A DNA stretch of 64,000 nucleotides from Spirochaetia bacterium (GTDB lineage: Bacteria > Spirochaetota > Spirochaetia > SZUA-6 > Bin103), in assembly GCA_965208575.1 (NCBI GenBank), contig CBDBOV010000004.1, positions 448,001 through 512,000 on the forward strand. Direction: 5' to 3'. The first letter of the stretch is position 1; each line of letters starts with the position of its first letter. Positions 18,949-29,518 of this stretch are shown in pieces. The notes under the pieces are model-generated. The model saw nothing but the letters and a program-made list of their open reading frames with translations. It did not search any database and was not told the DNA's origin. Position numbers and translations under genes: made by a program.

Positions 18949-20874
18949 ATGAATATTCGATGGTTGATCGCCGTCTCGTTGTTGGCGGTGCCGGCGCTTC
19001 TGTTTGCCGGTGGTGAAGGAGAGGAGAGCGGCGACACCGATACCGCCGCTGCCATGGCATCCGGCGGCAAGTACAGCGAGGCGCCGGAACTGGCCGCCCT
19101 GGTGGCCGCCGGCGAGCTGCCGCCGGTCGAGGAACGGCTGCCGCTCGAGCCGCGCGTGCTCAGCGCGGAGCGCAACGACATTCCCGCCAGGGACCTGAAC
19201 TTCGAGGTCGGCAAGTACGGCGGCATCATGCGCTCGGTGCAGCCGAGCCCGACCTGGAACCCCGACATTTTCGTGATGAACGACGAGTCCCTGCTCGCCG
19301 CGCCCGGCATCCTGGCCGAAGGCATCGGCGGCAACGTCGCTTCGAGCTTCGAGGTCAGCCCCGACAACCAGAGCTTCACGCTCACGCTGCGCGAGGGGAT
19401 CAAGTGGTCGGACGGCGTGCCGGTGACCACCGAGGACGTGCGCTTTACCTACGAGGACTTCCTGCTCAACGAAGACCTGACCAAGGTATTCCCGCGCTGG
19501 ATGCGTTCGGCCAGCAAGACCGACGGCGAGCCGCTGAAGATCGAGATCGTCGACGACTACACCTTCACCATCAGCTTCGCGGAGCGCTACGACGGCTTCC
19601 CGGCCTACCTGTCGATCGTGCAGTGGAAGGGCTACACCGAGTTCGTGAAGCCGGCCCACCACCTCAAGCAGTGGCACGCCGACTACACGCCGCTCGCCGA
19701 CCTGGAAGCGGAGATCGCCGAGGAAGGACTGAGCAAGGGTGAGTGGTGGACGCTGTTCAACAACCGCGACGCCCGCAACTGGGACTTGACCCGGCCCAAG
19801 GCGCTGGACTTCCCGGTACTCAACCCGTGGATTCTGGTGGAGCAGAGCCCCACCACCGCGGTGTACGACCGCAACCCCTACTACTTCAAGGTCGACAGCG
19901 CCGGCCAGCAACTCCCGTACATCAACGGCCTGCGCTCGCAGGTGGTGGCAGACGTGGAAATGTCCAACCTGAAGGTTCTGGCCGGTGAGGTGGACTTCCT
20001 GCGCGAAGACGCCACCCTCGACAAGGTAGACCTCTACAAGGAAAACGAAGACCGCGCCGGATACTCGGTCGTGCTGCTCGACATGCACATCACCCCGACC
20101 GACCCGCGGATCAACCTGACCTACGACGATCCCGCATGGCGCCAGGTCGTGAACGACGTGCGTTTCCGCAAAGCCCTGACCCATGCGATCAACCGTGAGG
20201 AGATTATCGACGCCATCTACTTCGGCTTCGCGTCGCCGTCCACCTTCGTGCCGGCGGCGTTCGATCCCGACATGGCCAACCAACTGCTCGATGAGGTGGG
20301 CATGGACCAGCGTGACGACCAGGGCTTCCGGCTCGGACCGGACGGCGAGACGTTCGAGATCCCGTTCGAGATCGCCATGCACGCCTCCGACATCGTGCCG
20401 GTGACCGAGATGATCATCGAGTACTGGAAGGACGTCGGTCTCAAGGCGACCATGAAGACCATCGAACCGGGACTGCAAAGAACGCGCCGCAATGCCAACG
20501 AGTTGAAGGCTGACGTGCTGTGGCATCACGGCCCCGAATTGTGGTGGGGCGCACTGTGGGACTTCGTGCCGAGCGCCTTTGGCCCCGCCTGGATGACCTG
20601 GTTCAACACCGGGGGCGAGAGTGGCGAGGAGCCGCCCGAAGACGTGAAGGCACTCATGGATGCCATGGACCGTTCCATCGCCCTGTCGGGCGCCGAGCGG
20701 GAAGCGGCGATCGCCGAAGTGCAGGAACGGATGCTCGAATACGTCTACATCATCCTGAACGTCGAAGACGTCAAGCAACCGCTGATCGTCAACAAGAACC
20801 TCGGCAATGTACCTACTGGAGGATTCGCCATCACCGCGAACTTTGCCGCCGAGCAGCTCTTCTTCAAAAACTAG
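18949..20874 (+). CDS. ABC transporter substrate-binding protein, family 5
   Basis: Signal peptide; YSEAPELAALVAAGELPPVEERLP, LREGIKWSDG, RNPYYFKVD..QQLPYI. Confidence 0.95.
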   Translation: MNIRWLIAVSLLAVPALLFAGGEGEESGDTDTAAAMASGGKYSEAPELAALVAAGELPPVEERLPLEPRVLSAERNDIPARDLNFEVGKYGGIMRSVQPSPTWNPDIFVMNDESLLAAPGILAEGIGGNVASSFEVSPDNQSFTLTLREGIKWSDGVPVTTEDVRFTYEDFLLNEDLTKVFPRWMRSASKTDGEPLKIEIVDDYTFTISFAERYDGFPAYLSIVQWKGYTEFVKPAHHLKQWHADYTPLADLEAEIAEEGLSKGEWWTLFNNRDARNWDLTRPKALDFPVLNPWILVEQSPTTAVYDRNPYYFKVDSAGQQLPYINGLRSQVVADVEMSNLKVLAGEVDFLREDATLDKVDLYKENEDRAGYSVVLLDMHITPTDPRINLTYDDPAWRQVVNDVRFRKALTHAINREEIIDAIYFGFASPSTFVPAAFDPDMANQLLDEVGMDQRDDQGFRLGPDGETFEIPFEIAMHASDIVPVTEMIIEYWKDVGLKATMKTIEPGLQRTRRNANELKADVLWHHGPELWWGALWDFVPSAFGPAWMTWFNTGGESGEEPPEDVKALMDAMDRSIALSGAEREAAIAEVQERMLEYVYIILNVEDVKQPLIVNKNLGNVPTGGFAITANFAAEQLFFKN

Positions 20875-20898
20875 GGTTTTCCATTCTGAATTGAAGGC

Positions 20899-20931
20899 GC
20901 CGGGTGCCGGAGCAACGCTCCGGCACCCGGC
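20899..20931 (+). promoter_or_regulatory. Intercistronic 15-bp stem-loop after the SBP gene (mRNA stabiliser or attenuator)
   Basis: GCCGGGTGCCGGAGC-AAC-GCTCCGGCACCCGGC. Confidence 0.75.
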
Positions 20932-20938
20932 TTGATTC

Positions 20939-21937
20939 ATGTTTGACTACATCATCCGGCGGACGCTGCAGATCATTCCGCTGATTATCATCATCTCGGT
21001 GCTCTCGTTCGCGATCATCGAGTTGCCGCCCGGCGACTTCGTGACCATGCGGATCATCGAATTGGAGCAGACCGGCACCCGCGTCGACGACGACGAGATC
21101 GCAAGGCTCACCGAGCAATACGGGCTGGACAAGACGCTGGTGGAGCGCTATGCGCTGTGGGCCTGGAACATCATCAGCCGCGGCCACCTGGGCCGTTCGT
21201 TCCAGTGGGAACAGCCGGTGACCCAGGTGATCGGCGAGCGCATCGCCCTGACCATGTCGATTTCGCTGCTGACGCTGATCTTCATCTGGGTGGTGGCGAT
21301 TCCGATCGGCATCTACGCCGCTACCCACCAATACTCGCTCGGCGACTACGTATTTACCTTCTTCGGCTTCATCGGCATCTCGGTGCCGGGGTTCCTGCTC
21401 GCCCTGGTGGTGATGTACCTGGCGTTCACGCAGCTTGGCGTCAGCGTCACCGGCTTGTTCTCACCCGAGTTCGCCGACGCTCCGTGGAGCTTCGCCAAGC
21501 TGATGGACATGCTGCCGCGACTGTGGGTTCCGATTGTCGTGATCGGGCTCACCGGCACCGCCAGCCTGATCCGGGTGATGCGCAGCATGATGCTGGACGA
21601 GTTGCGCAAGCAGTACGTAGTGACGGCGCGCGCCAAGGGCGTGGCCGAGCGCACCTTGCTGTTCAAGTACCCGGTGCGTATCGCCATCAACCCGCTGATC
21701 AGTACCATCGGCTGGCTGCTGCCGTTCATCGTGTCGGGTGAGGCACTGGTATCGATCGTGCTGAACCTGCCTACCACGGGGCCGGTGCTGCTGCGCGCCC
21801 TGCTATTCCAGGACATGTACCTGGCCGGCAGCCTGGTGATGATCCTGAGCGTCCTCACCGTGGTGGGGACACTGATGTCGGACCTTCTGCTCGCGTGGGT
21901 GGATCCGCGCATCCGCTACCAGGGGGCGACCAGATGA
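20939..21937 (+). CDS. ABC permease (DppB/OppB type)
   Basis: IIELPPGDF, YVVTARAKG, DPRIRY. Confidence 0.95.
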   Translation: MFDYIIRRTLQIIPLIIIISVLSFAIIELPPGDFVTMRIIELEQTGTRVDDDEIARLTEQYGLDKTLVERYALWAWNIISRGHLGRSFQWEQPVTQVIGERIALTMSISLLTLIFIWVVAIPIGIYAATHQYSLGDYVFTFFGFIGISVPGFLLALVVMYLAFTQLGVSVTGLFSPEFADAPWSFAKLMDMLPRLWVPIVVIGLTGTASLIRVMRSMMLDELRKQYVVTARAKGVAERTLLFKYPVRIAINPLISTIGWLLPFIVSGEALVSIVLNLPTTGPVLLRALLFQDMYLAGSLVMILSVLTVVGTLMSDLLLAWVDPRIRYQGATR

Positions 21938-23061
21938 GTACCGTCGAGGCGGTCGAACAGAGCACGCAGGAGACCGCCGCCGCGGAACGCTACTATCTTG
22001 CCTCCCAGTGGCAACTGGTGTGGTGGAAGTTCCGGAAGCACAAGATGGCGCTGGTGGCCGGAATCGTGCTGGCGGTCATGTACTTCATCGCCGCCTTCTG
22101 CGAATTCCTGAGTCCCTATCTGCCCGGCACCCGCTTTTCCGAATACCTGTACGCTCCGCCGCAGCGCGTGCGGCTGCTTGCCAGCGGCGCAGGATTCGGG
22201 CCCCATGTGTACGGCTTGGTGCGCGGCCGCGACCCGGAAACGTTTCGGCGCACCTTTACCATCGACACCGAGCAACGCTTCAACGTGCGCTTCTTCGTGC
22301 GCGCCGAGGAGTATCGGCTGTGGGGGCTGTTCCAGAGCGACATCCACCTGTTTGGATCGGACGAGGGGCCGGTGATGTTGTTCGGCGCCGACCGCCTCGG
22401 GCGCGACGTCTTCACCCGCATCCTGTATGGGGCGCGCATCTCGCTGTCGGTCGGGCTGGTAGGGATATTCTTCACCTTCGTGTTCGGCATGATCCTGGGC
22501 GGGCTGTCCGGCTACCTGGGCGGCATGGTGGACACGATCATCCAGCGGCTGGTGGACCTGCTGATTTCGATTCCCACCATTCCGCTGTGGATGGCGCTGG
22601 CGGCGGCACTGCCGCGCGACTGGCCGCCGGTTCGGATCTACTTCGGCATCGTGATCATCTTCTCCATGATCGGCTGGACCGGCCTGGCGCGGGTGATCCG
22701 CGGCAAGCTGCTGGCCCTGCGCGAGGAAGACTTCGTGATGGCGGGGCGCATTGCCGGCGCCAAGCAGGGCGCCATCATCGCCAAGCACCTGCTGCCCTCG
22801 TTCGCCAGCTACATCATCGTGTCGCTGACCCTGGCCATTCCGCAGACCATCCTGGGCGAGACGGCGCTGAGCTTCCTGGGCCTGGGCCTGCAGCCGCCGG
22901 TGGTGAGCTGGGGCGTGCTGCTGCAGGACGCCCAGAACGTGCAGGCGATCGCCCACCACGGCTGGCTGCTGATCCCCTGCCTGTTCGTGATCGTCACCGT
23001 GCTGATGTTCAACTTCCTCGGCGACGGGCTGCGCGACGCCGCCGACCCCTATACGCGCTAG
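21934..23061 (+). CDS. ABC permease (DppC/OppC type)
   Basis: FGADRLGRD, ETALSFLGLG, GDGLRDAADPY; ATGA coupling. Confidence 0.95.
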   Translation: MSTVEAVEQSTQETAAAERYYLASQWQLVWWKFRKHKMALVAGIVLAVMYFIAAFCEFLSPYLPGTRFSEYLYAPPQRVRLLASGAGFGPHVYGLVRGRDPETFRRTFTIDTEQRFNVRFFVRAEEYRLWGLFQSDIHLFGSDEGPVMLFGADRLGRDVFTRILYGARISLSVGLVGIFFTFVFGMILGGLSGYLGGMVDTIIQRLVDLLISIPTIPLWMALAAALPRDWPPVRIYFGIVIIFSMIGWTGLARVIRGKLLALREEDFVMAGRIAGAKQGAIIAKHLLPSFASYIIVSLTLAIPQTILGETALSFLGLGLQPPVVSWGVLLQDAQNVQAIAHHGWLLIPCLFVIVTVLMFNFLGDGLRDAADPYTR

Positions 23062-23087
23062 GTTCCGCACCAAGGAGATCCGCCGAG

Positions 23088-23402
23088 ATGCAACGATTCG
23101 CCTTTGCCATGAAGCTGCTGCCCGGCTTCGAGGCCGAGTACCAGAAGCGGCACGACGAGATCTGGCCCGAGCTCGCCAGGGAACTGACCGCCGCCGGTGT
23201 CAGCGACTACTCGATCTACCTCGACCCGGATTCGCTGACCCTGTTCGCCGTGCAGAAGCTTAGCGCCGGCAACACTGCGGATGCGCTGCCCGGGTGCGCC
23301 ATCGTCAAGAAGTGGTGGGCCTACATGGCCGACATCATGGAGACCAACCCCGACAGCTCGCCGGTAATGCGCGAGCTGCCGGAAGTGTTCCACCTCGACT
23401 GA
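23088..23402 (+). CDS. rhaM: L-rhamnose mutarotase
   Basis: EYQKRHDEIWPEL, YSIYLD, KKWWAYMADIMETNPD.SP...L.EVFHLD; AAGGAG SD. Confidence 0.93.
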   Translation: MQRFAFAMKLLPGFEAEYQKRHDEIWPELARELTAAGVSDYSIYLDPDSLTLFAVQKLSAGNTADALPGCAIVKKWWAYMADIMETNPDSSPVMRELPEVFHLD

Positions 23403-23431
23403 ACCCCGACTCCCTCTACCAAAGGAAAATC

Positions 23432-26329
23432 ATGTCACTCACCGTTGTCGATCTGGCCGCCGAGCATCGCGGCGCCGGCCCCTTCGTAGCCACCCCGACG
23501 CCGCGTCTTTCCTGGCGCGTGGCCACCAGAACGCCGGGCTGGTACCAAGCCTTCTACGAGATCGAGATCTCCGGAGACCTGGAGTTCCGCGGCGACCCGG
23601 TCGCCTCCGGCGACTCGGTGCTGGTGCCGTGGCCGGCGGCGCCGCTGGCATCGCACCAGAGCGTCGCCTGCCGGGTGCGGGTCACCGGCGCCGACGGGGT
23701 GGCCAGCGACTGGAGCGCGCCGCTGGCGATCCACGCGCCGCTGCTGGACGCGGGCGACTGGTCGGCGCGGTTCATCTCCCCCGCCGGCGCGAGCGCCGCG
23801 ACCGAGTCGGAGCCCTGCCCCTACTTCCGCCGCGAGTTCGCCCTGGATCAACCGTGGCAACGCGCCGTGCTGTCGGTGACCGCGCTGGGCGTGTACCAGG
23901 TGGAGATCAACGGCCGCCGGGTCGGCGACGAGGAGCTGGCGCCTGGCTGGACCAGCTACCGGCACCGCCTGCGTTTCGCCAGCCACGACGTCACCGACCT
24001 GCTGCGCGACGGCGACAACGCCATCGGCGCCATCGTGGGCGACGGCTGGGCGCGCGGGCGCCTCGGGTTCAGCGGCGCACGCAACTTCTACACCGACCGG
24101 CCGGCGCTGCTGGCGCAACTCGACATCACGCTTGCGGACGGCCGCCATGGCCGTCCCGGCACCGTCCGCACCGTAGCCACCGACGGCGCGTGGCGCTCCG
24201 GCGTCGGACCCGAGCGCGGTTCCGACCTGTACGACGGCGAGAGCTACGATGCGCGGCTCGAATTGGGCGGCTGGTCGCGGCCCGGTTACGACGCCGACGG
24301 CTGGCAGCCGGTCGAGGTGATCGAGCACGACCTGGCCACCCTCACGCCGGCGGCGGTACCGCCGGTGCGCGCCGTGCAGGAGGTGGCTCCCGTGTCGATC
24401 TGGCGCGCGCCCTCCGGCGAGACGCTGGTCGACTTCGGTCAGAACCTGGTGGGCCGGGTGCGCATCCGGTTGGGGACGGCGCAGGGCGGGGCCGTGACCG
24501 CGGGCACTGCGGGGCCGGGCACCGGGGTGCTGGCGGGCGCTGAAGTGACCGTTCGCCACGCCGAGGTGCTGGAGAACGGCGAGCTGGGCATGCGCCCGCT
24601 GCGCTCCGCCCAAGCCACCGACCGCTACATCGCCCGCGGCGGCGGGCCCGAGGTGTGGGAGCCGCGTTTCACGTTCCACGGCTTCCGCTACGCCGGCGTA
24701 AGCGGCTGGCCCGGCGAGTTGCGGCCCGAGGAGATCACTGCCGTGGTGTTGCACTCCGACATGGCGCGCACCGGCTGGTTCGAGTGCTCGCATGCGCAGG
24801 TCAACCAACTGCACGAGAACATCGTGTGGGGCATGCGCGGCAACTTCCTGGACGTGCCCACCGACTGCCCGCAGCGCGACGAGCGGCTGGGCTGGACCGG
24901 CGACATCCAGGTGTTCGCCCCCACCGCCACCCTGCTCTACGACACCGCCGCCCTGCTGACCTCGTGGCTGGCCGACCTGGCCGCCGAGCAGGAGCCGAAC
25001 GGCAATGTACCGTTCGTCATTCCCTCCATCCTGCCGTCATCGTTCACGGCCGCCGGCTGGGGAGACGCCGCCACCGCCGTACCGATGACCTTGAGCCGGC
25101 GCTATGCCGACCTGGAGCTGCTGCGCCGCCAATATCCCTCCATGAAGGCGTGGGTCGAGCACGTAGCGGGCGTCTGCGACGAGCGCCGCGTGTGGGGAGA
25201 CGGCTTCCAGTTCGGCGACTGGGTGGACCCGAAGGCACCGCCCGACGCCCCGGCCGACGCGCAGACCGACCCGTCGCTGGTCGGCACCGCCTGGTTCGCG
25301 CGCTCCGCCCGGCTCCTGGCCGAGGCGGCCGAACTGCTCGGCGAGCAGGACGATGCCGCCGCCTACCACCGGCTCGCGGACGAAGTGGCGGCCGGCTTTC
25401 GCGCCGAATTCATGGCCCCGAACGGGCGCGTGGTGAACGACAGCCAGACCGCCCACCTGCTGGCGCTGGCGTTCGACCTGGTCACGCCCGAGCAGCGACC
25501 GGCCACGACACGGCGGCTGCGCAAGCTGATCGAGAAGGAAGGCCACCGGCTCTCCACCGGCTTCCTGGGCACGCCCTGGCTGTGCGAGGTGCTGACCCGC
25601 ATCGGCGACGACGACCTGGCGTACCGGCTGCTGCTGCAGACCGAGCTGCCGTCGTGGCTGTATCCCATCACCATGGGCGCCACCACCATCTGGGAACGCT
25701 GGGACGCGATGCTGCCCGACGGCTCGATCAACCCCGGCGAGATGACTTCGTTCAACCACTACGCCTACGGCGCCGTGGGCGCCTGGCTGTACGAACGCAT
25801 GGCCGGCCTGCGGCAGCACGACCAGGACCGCGGCTGGCGGCGGATCGTGGTGGAGCCGCACCCGGGCGGCGGCCTGCGCCACGCCAGGGCGGTGGTGGAC
25901 ACGCCTTACGGCCGCGCCGAATCGAGCTGGCGCATCGACCGCCGCGCCGGCGCGCCCGCCACATTCACGCTGCGTGCCGTGGTGCCCGCCAACACCACGG
26001 CCGAATTGTGGCTACCAGGCGCCACCGAGGCTGTCGAGGCCGGCTCGGGCACCCACGAGCTGTCGATCGAGTTGAACGAAGTGCAGCGCCGCCGCTACCT
26101 GCCGAGCCGGGAAGGCGCCCGCATGCACCTCGACTCGCCGCTGGCGGAGGTGGTTGCAGACGACGCGGCACGGCAGATTCTGGTCCGCAACCGCGCCTTC
26201 GGCGTGCTGATCCGGATACAGGGCGACGAGATACCCGCGCTCTCGCTGCGCGAAGCGCTCCAGTCGACACCGCACCCGCCCAGCGACAAGCGGCTTGACG
26301 ACCTTGAACAGGACCTGATCCGTTTGTAA
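23432..26329 (+). CDS. Alpha-L-rhamnosidase, GH78
   Basis: LAPGWTSY, DFGQNLVG, FTFHGFRY, PTDCPQRDERLGWTGD, GATTIWERW, MTSFNHYAYG. Confidence 0.95.
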   Translation: MSLTVVDLAAEHRGAGPFVATPTPRLSWRVATRTPGWYQAFYEIEISGDLEFRGDPVASGDSVLVPWPAAPLASHQSVACRVRVTGADGVASDWSAPLAIHAPLLDAGDWSARFISPAGASAATESEPCPYFRREFALDQPWQRAVLSVTALGVYQVEINGRRVGDEELAPGWTSYRHRLRFASHDVTDLLRDGDNAIGAIVGDGWARGRLGFSGARNFYTDRPALLAQLDITLADGRHGRPGTVRTVATDGAWRSGVGPERGSDLYDGESYDARLELGGWSRPGYDADGWQPVEVIEHDLATLTPAAVPPVRAVQEVAPVSIWRAPSGETLVDFGQNLVGRVRIRLGTAQGGAVTAGTAGPGTGVLAGAEVTVRHAEVLENGELGMRPLRSAQATDRYIARGGGPEVWEPRFTFHGFRYAGVSGWPGELRPEEITAVVLHSDMARTGWFECSHAQVNQLHENIVWGMRGNFLDVPTDCPQRDERLGWTGDIQVFAPTATLLYDTAALLTSWLADLAAEQEPNGNVPFVIPSILPSSFTAAGWGDAATAVPMTLSRRYADLELLRRQYPSMKAWVEHVAGVCDERRVWGDGFQFGDWVDPKAPPDAPADAQTDPSLVGTAWFARSARLLAEAAELLGEQDDAAAYHRLADEVAAGFRAEFMAPNGRVVNDSQTAHLLALAFDLVTPEQRPATTRRLRKLIEKEGHRLSTGFLGTPWLCEVLTRIGDDDLAYRLLLQTELPSWLYPITMGATTIWERWDAMLPDGSINPGEMTSFNHYAYGAVGAWLYERMAGLRQHDQDRGWRRIVVEPHPGGGLRHARAVVDTPYGRAESSWRIDRRAGAPATFTLRAVVPANTTAELWLPGATEAVEAGSGTHELSIELNEVQRRRYLPSREGARMHLDSPLAEVVADDAARQILVRNRAFGVLIRIQGDEIPALSLREALQSTPHPPSDKRLDDLEQDLIRL

Positions 26330-26441
26330 GGGGCGCGATGGCGCGGTTCAACGTAGTCGCCCAGCGACAAGCGGCTTGACGACCTTGAACAAGACCTGAT
26401 CCGCCTGTAAGGGGCGCGATGGCGCGGTTCAACGTGGTCGC
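26277..26441 (+). repeat. 81-bp tandem duplication of the GH78 3' end, stop codon and flank
   Basis: Units start at 26277 and 26358 and differ by only a few substitutions. Confidence 0.92.
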
Positions 26442-26782
26442 TGCCCCTGACCCGCCGGGCTGATCGTTGTCTTGCTCCTTACTGATCCTGACACTGGGAC
26501 CAAAGATGTTGGGGTATCGTATGCAGCGAAAGTCAAGGTCAAGGGTCTTCCGATAGTATCTGCCAATAAGCTCACCATACAGCTTGGTTACACCGTACAC
26601 GCTAGCAGGCCGTTGCAGTGTCTCATCGGTGATGGTTTCAGTAGGTATTCCCAGGCTATAGGGCATCATGCTGCTGGTAAACACCACCCGCTTTACCGCG
26701 AACAGTCGCGCCGCTTCCAGGACATTCATTATTCCGGCGACATTCCCTTCACAAACGACCGAGGGGTGTACGAGGGAGCTAG

Positions 26783-28761
26783 ACCGAAGTTCCAGAGCGG
26801 GAATCTTGTTAATTCGTTATTGATCTGAAAATTGCGCTCAACAGCCGATGTCCGTTACTGGCTACACTTGGGCGCTGACCTCCAGGAGATCGAAACAGCG
26901 CTGCTGCAGCGCGGTCGGTTCGCTGTGCATGGTGAACGTGGCGCCGCTATCCACTATCCGCACGCGGTTGGCCGTCAGCGTCCCCAACTCGCTCATCAGG
27001 CTGCGAAAGCTGTGCACCGGCAGACCGTCGTCGGTACGCTTGCTCGCCGCCTTCCGGTGTGCGGCCGGTGAGCGTTCCGCCGGTTGCACCACCGACTCGC
27101 GCAGCGCCTCGCCGGCGGCGCGGTCGTGGTCGTCGAACAGCACCGGCGCCAGCTTGCTGCGCATGTGCCACTCCACGTAGTAGGCCAGCATGCACAGGAA
27201 CACGTGCGCCCGCACCCGGTCAGCACTGCGGTGATAGATCGGTCGCACCTTCAGATCCACCGTTTTCATGCTGCGGAAGGCGCGCTCCACCTTGGCCAGA
27301 TCCTTGTACGCCGTCACCGTCTGCTCGGCGTCGAACAGCTCCGGCTCCACGTTGGAGCGCACGATGTAGAGCCCGTCCAGTTCTTCCTCGGCCGCGATCT
27401 TGTCCAGGTCACGCACGAACGAGAACGAGTCGTCGGTGATGGTGGTGGTGAAATGCTTGCCCACCTTGTAGTGGTTGATCACCTTGCCCACCCGCAGGCC
27501 GATCGCGGCGGCGCCGCGCAGCGGCTTTTTGGCGCGCTGCGTGGCCGTCACGATCGGCGTCAGTTCCTCCTCCGTGGAGGCCAGCAACTTCTGCCTCTTG
27601 CGCTGCCGTTGCTCGGCCAGGATCGGGTTGCGGCACACGATCAGCCGCTCGCCGGGGAACTCGGGTGAGCTGATCTCCGCCAGGTCACGCTCGTCGAACA
27701 TGGTCTGCGCCACTTCGCCGGCCTCGATCAGCTTGCGGATGGTGGGCGCCCGCAGGGTCGTGATCCAGCGCAGGCCGTCGATCCCCTGCAGGTCCTCGCG
27801 GATGCGCGCGCCGGTGAGCATGCCGCGGTCGCCGACCAGCACGACGCGCTGCAAGCCGAAACGGTTGCGAATCTTGTCGACCTGAGCGGCGACCGTCTTG
27901 GGGTCACTGGTGGAGCCCTCGAATACCTCGACGGCGATGGGACAGCCGTCTGCGGTACACAGCAGGCCGAACACGATCTGCAAGGTGCCGCGTTTGCCGT
28001 CGCGGCTGTGACCGCGGCGCGCCAACGGGCAGGTGTGTCCCTCGAAGTAACTGGAAGTCAGGTCGTACAACATGAGCGTGTTGTCATGCAGATGGCGCTT
28101 GGCCAAGCGCTGCTCGATGCCGTGCTGGCGAGCGAGCAGCCAATCCATGGCGGCATACAGCTCATTCTCGTCGACGGCTCCCAACTGCAGCAGGTGGCCG
28201 AGGGAGGAGACGGCGCTTTCGGGGTTCAGGCCGCGAGCGGTGGCGAGTTTGGAGCGAGCGTCGACGACGCGAGCGACGATCATGGCGACGACCAGGTCGC
28301 GTTCACGGGAGGCGGGACGAGCGACGAGGGAATGGAGGGAGAGCTTGCGGAGGGAACCGAGGACGGCGGCGACGTGGCCGTGGGGATAGCTGCGCAAGAT
28401 GGAGAGCAGTTCGTTGGGAGAGCGCAGAGCGATACCGCCGTTGAGGAGGACGCGCAAACCCTCGACGAGGTGATCGGGCCACTTGGAGAGGTTGGCGATG
28501 GTGCGTTTTTTGACCTTGCCGTGCTGGCGGAAGGACTCGCGGAGGAGGACGGCCGGGGGAGAGTTGCGGTTGGGGACGGTGTCGATGTACATGGGCACCC
28601 TACGGAGGGAATGGTAGATCATTTAATAATTACATGTCAACCAGATGAGAGAAAATTAACGCTGAACCACAGGACTATTTACATGGACACGATTTACACC
28701 CATGAACACGCTAATTCCTGTAATAGGAAACAGTTACAAGAACGGCCTCTCAAACCTCGGG
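26783..28761 (-). mobile_element. IS1634-family insertion sequence
   Basis: Flanked by CTAG (26779-26782, 28762-28765); imperfect IRs ACCGAAGTT / AACCTCGGG. Confidence 0.85.
26862..28592 (-). CDS. IS1634 family transposase
   Basis: MYIDTVPNRNSPPAVLLRES, LYDLTSSYFEG, GHSRDGK, VGDRGM, VERAFRSMKTVDLKVRP. Confidence 0.95.
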   Translation of the reverse strand: MYIDTVPNRNSPPAVLLRESFRQHGKVKKRTIANLSKWPDHLVEGLRVLLNGGIALRSPNELLSILRSYPHGHVAAVLGSLRKLSLHSLVARPASRERDLVVAMIVARVVDARSKLATARGLNPESAVSSLGHLLQLGAVDENELYAAMDWLLARQHGIEQRLAKRHLHDNTLMLYDLTSSYFEGHTCPLARRGHSRDGKRGTLQIVFGLLCTADGCPIAVEVFEGSTSDPKTVAAQVDKIRNRFGLQRVVLVGDRGMLTGARIREDLQGIDGLRWITTLRAPTIRKLIEAGEVAQTMFDERDLAEISSPEFPGERLIVCRNPILAEQRQRKRQKLLASTEEELTPIVTATQRAKKPLRGAAAIGLRVGKVINHYKVGKHFTTTITDDSFSFVRDLDKIAAEEELDGLYIVRSNVEPELFDAEQTVTAYKDLAKVERAFRSMKTVDLKVRPIYHRSADRVRAHVFLCMLAYYVEWHMRSKLAPVLFDDHDRAAGEALRESVVQPAERSPAAHRKAASKRTDDGLPVHSFRSLMSELGTLTANRVRIVDSGATFTMHSEPTALQQRCFDLLEVSAQV

Positions 28762-29518
28762 CTAGACCGTGCGCGCCGCCCTGGCCACGGCCCTCGCCGC
28801 CGAGCGGGTATCGTGCCAAGGTGAAATACGCCTTCTACGTTGTTTTCCTTGACAACATTCAACACTTCAGGCCAGATCTTTTGGTCTCCCTGGACAACCT
28901 TTACGTTATTCTTGATATCCGCGACGCGCTCTATTTGCGGAGCGATGTCAAACAATACGACGTCCTCGCCCCTCTCTACCAGTCTATGTGCCAGGCCAGT
29001 ACCAACCCAACCTGTTCCGCCGGTAATAAGTATGGACATCCTTCTTTGCCTCCATATGACCCTATGTGATCGTCCTACAGGTAAGGAACTAACGTCGACC
29101 CCGCAGTACACTTTCTCGAACGATTATGCGCAGCGTCTCGGTCACGGTGTCCAACGGTGCCAACCCTACCGGTCTCAGACCTACCGGCTGACAGCACGCT
29201 GCCGGCGGGTATAAGATGGGGCTCTTCTGGGTTTCGTGTGGGTAGCGCGGTGTTCGACTCCCTGACCGTGTAGGCTCCGGTTAGCTCCCCGAAGCCATGC
29301 GGGATTCGTTGACAGTCTCTACATGGTCGGCGGTGCCGTGGTCGTCCCCGGCGTTGAGCCGTTGGGCCGTTGAGCATTCGGAATCTCTGGTCGCGCCGCT
29401 TCGCCGACGGTTTCGTGGATTACCGGCTGATGAACTGATCCTACTTCGTGGTCACCCCGTTCCGCTTTGCTCAAGCCCTTCTCGGTGATGTCGGTGGTCA
29501 CGCCATCCCTCATTCTAT

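Larger units (their letters stand above)
26480..29039 (-). pseudogene. NAD-dependent epimerase/dehydratase (threonine-dehydrogenase-like) split by IS1634 and 3'-truncated
   Basis: N-part from 29039: MSILITGGTGWVG...VFHLGTI. C-part from about 26744: NVAGIMNVLEAAR..FTSS..YGVTKLYGE..CIRYPNIFGP. Confidence 0.88.

Noticed and set aside
18880-20940. Long antisense ORFs (also 7207-8796, 34889-36445 and others)
   Set aside because: Shadow ORFs caused by high-GC codon bias opposite recognisable genes.
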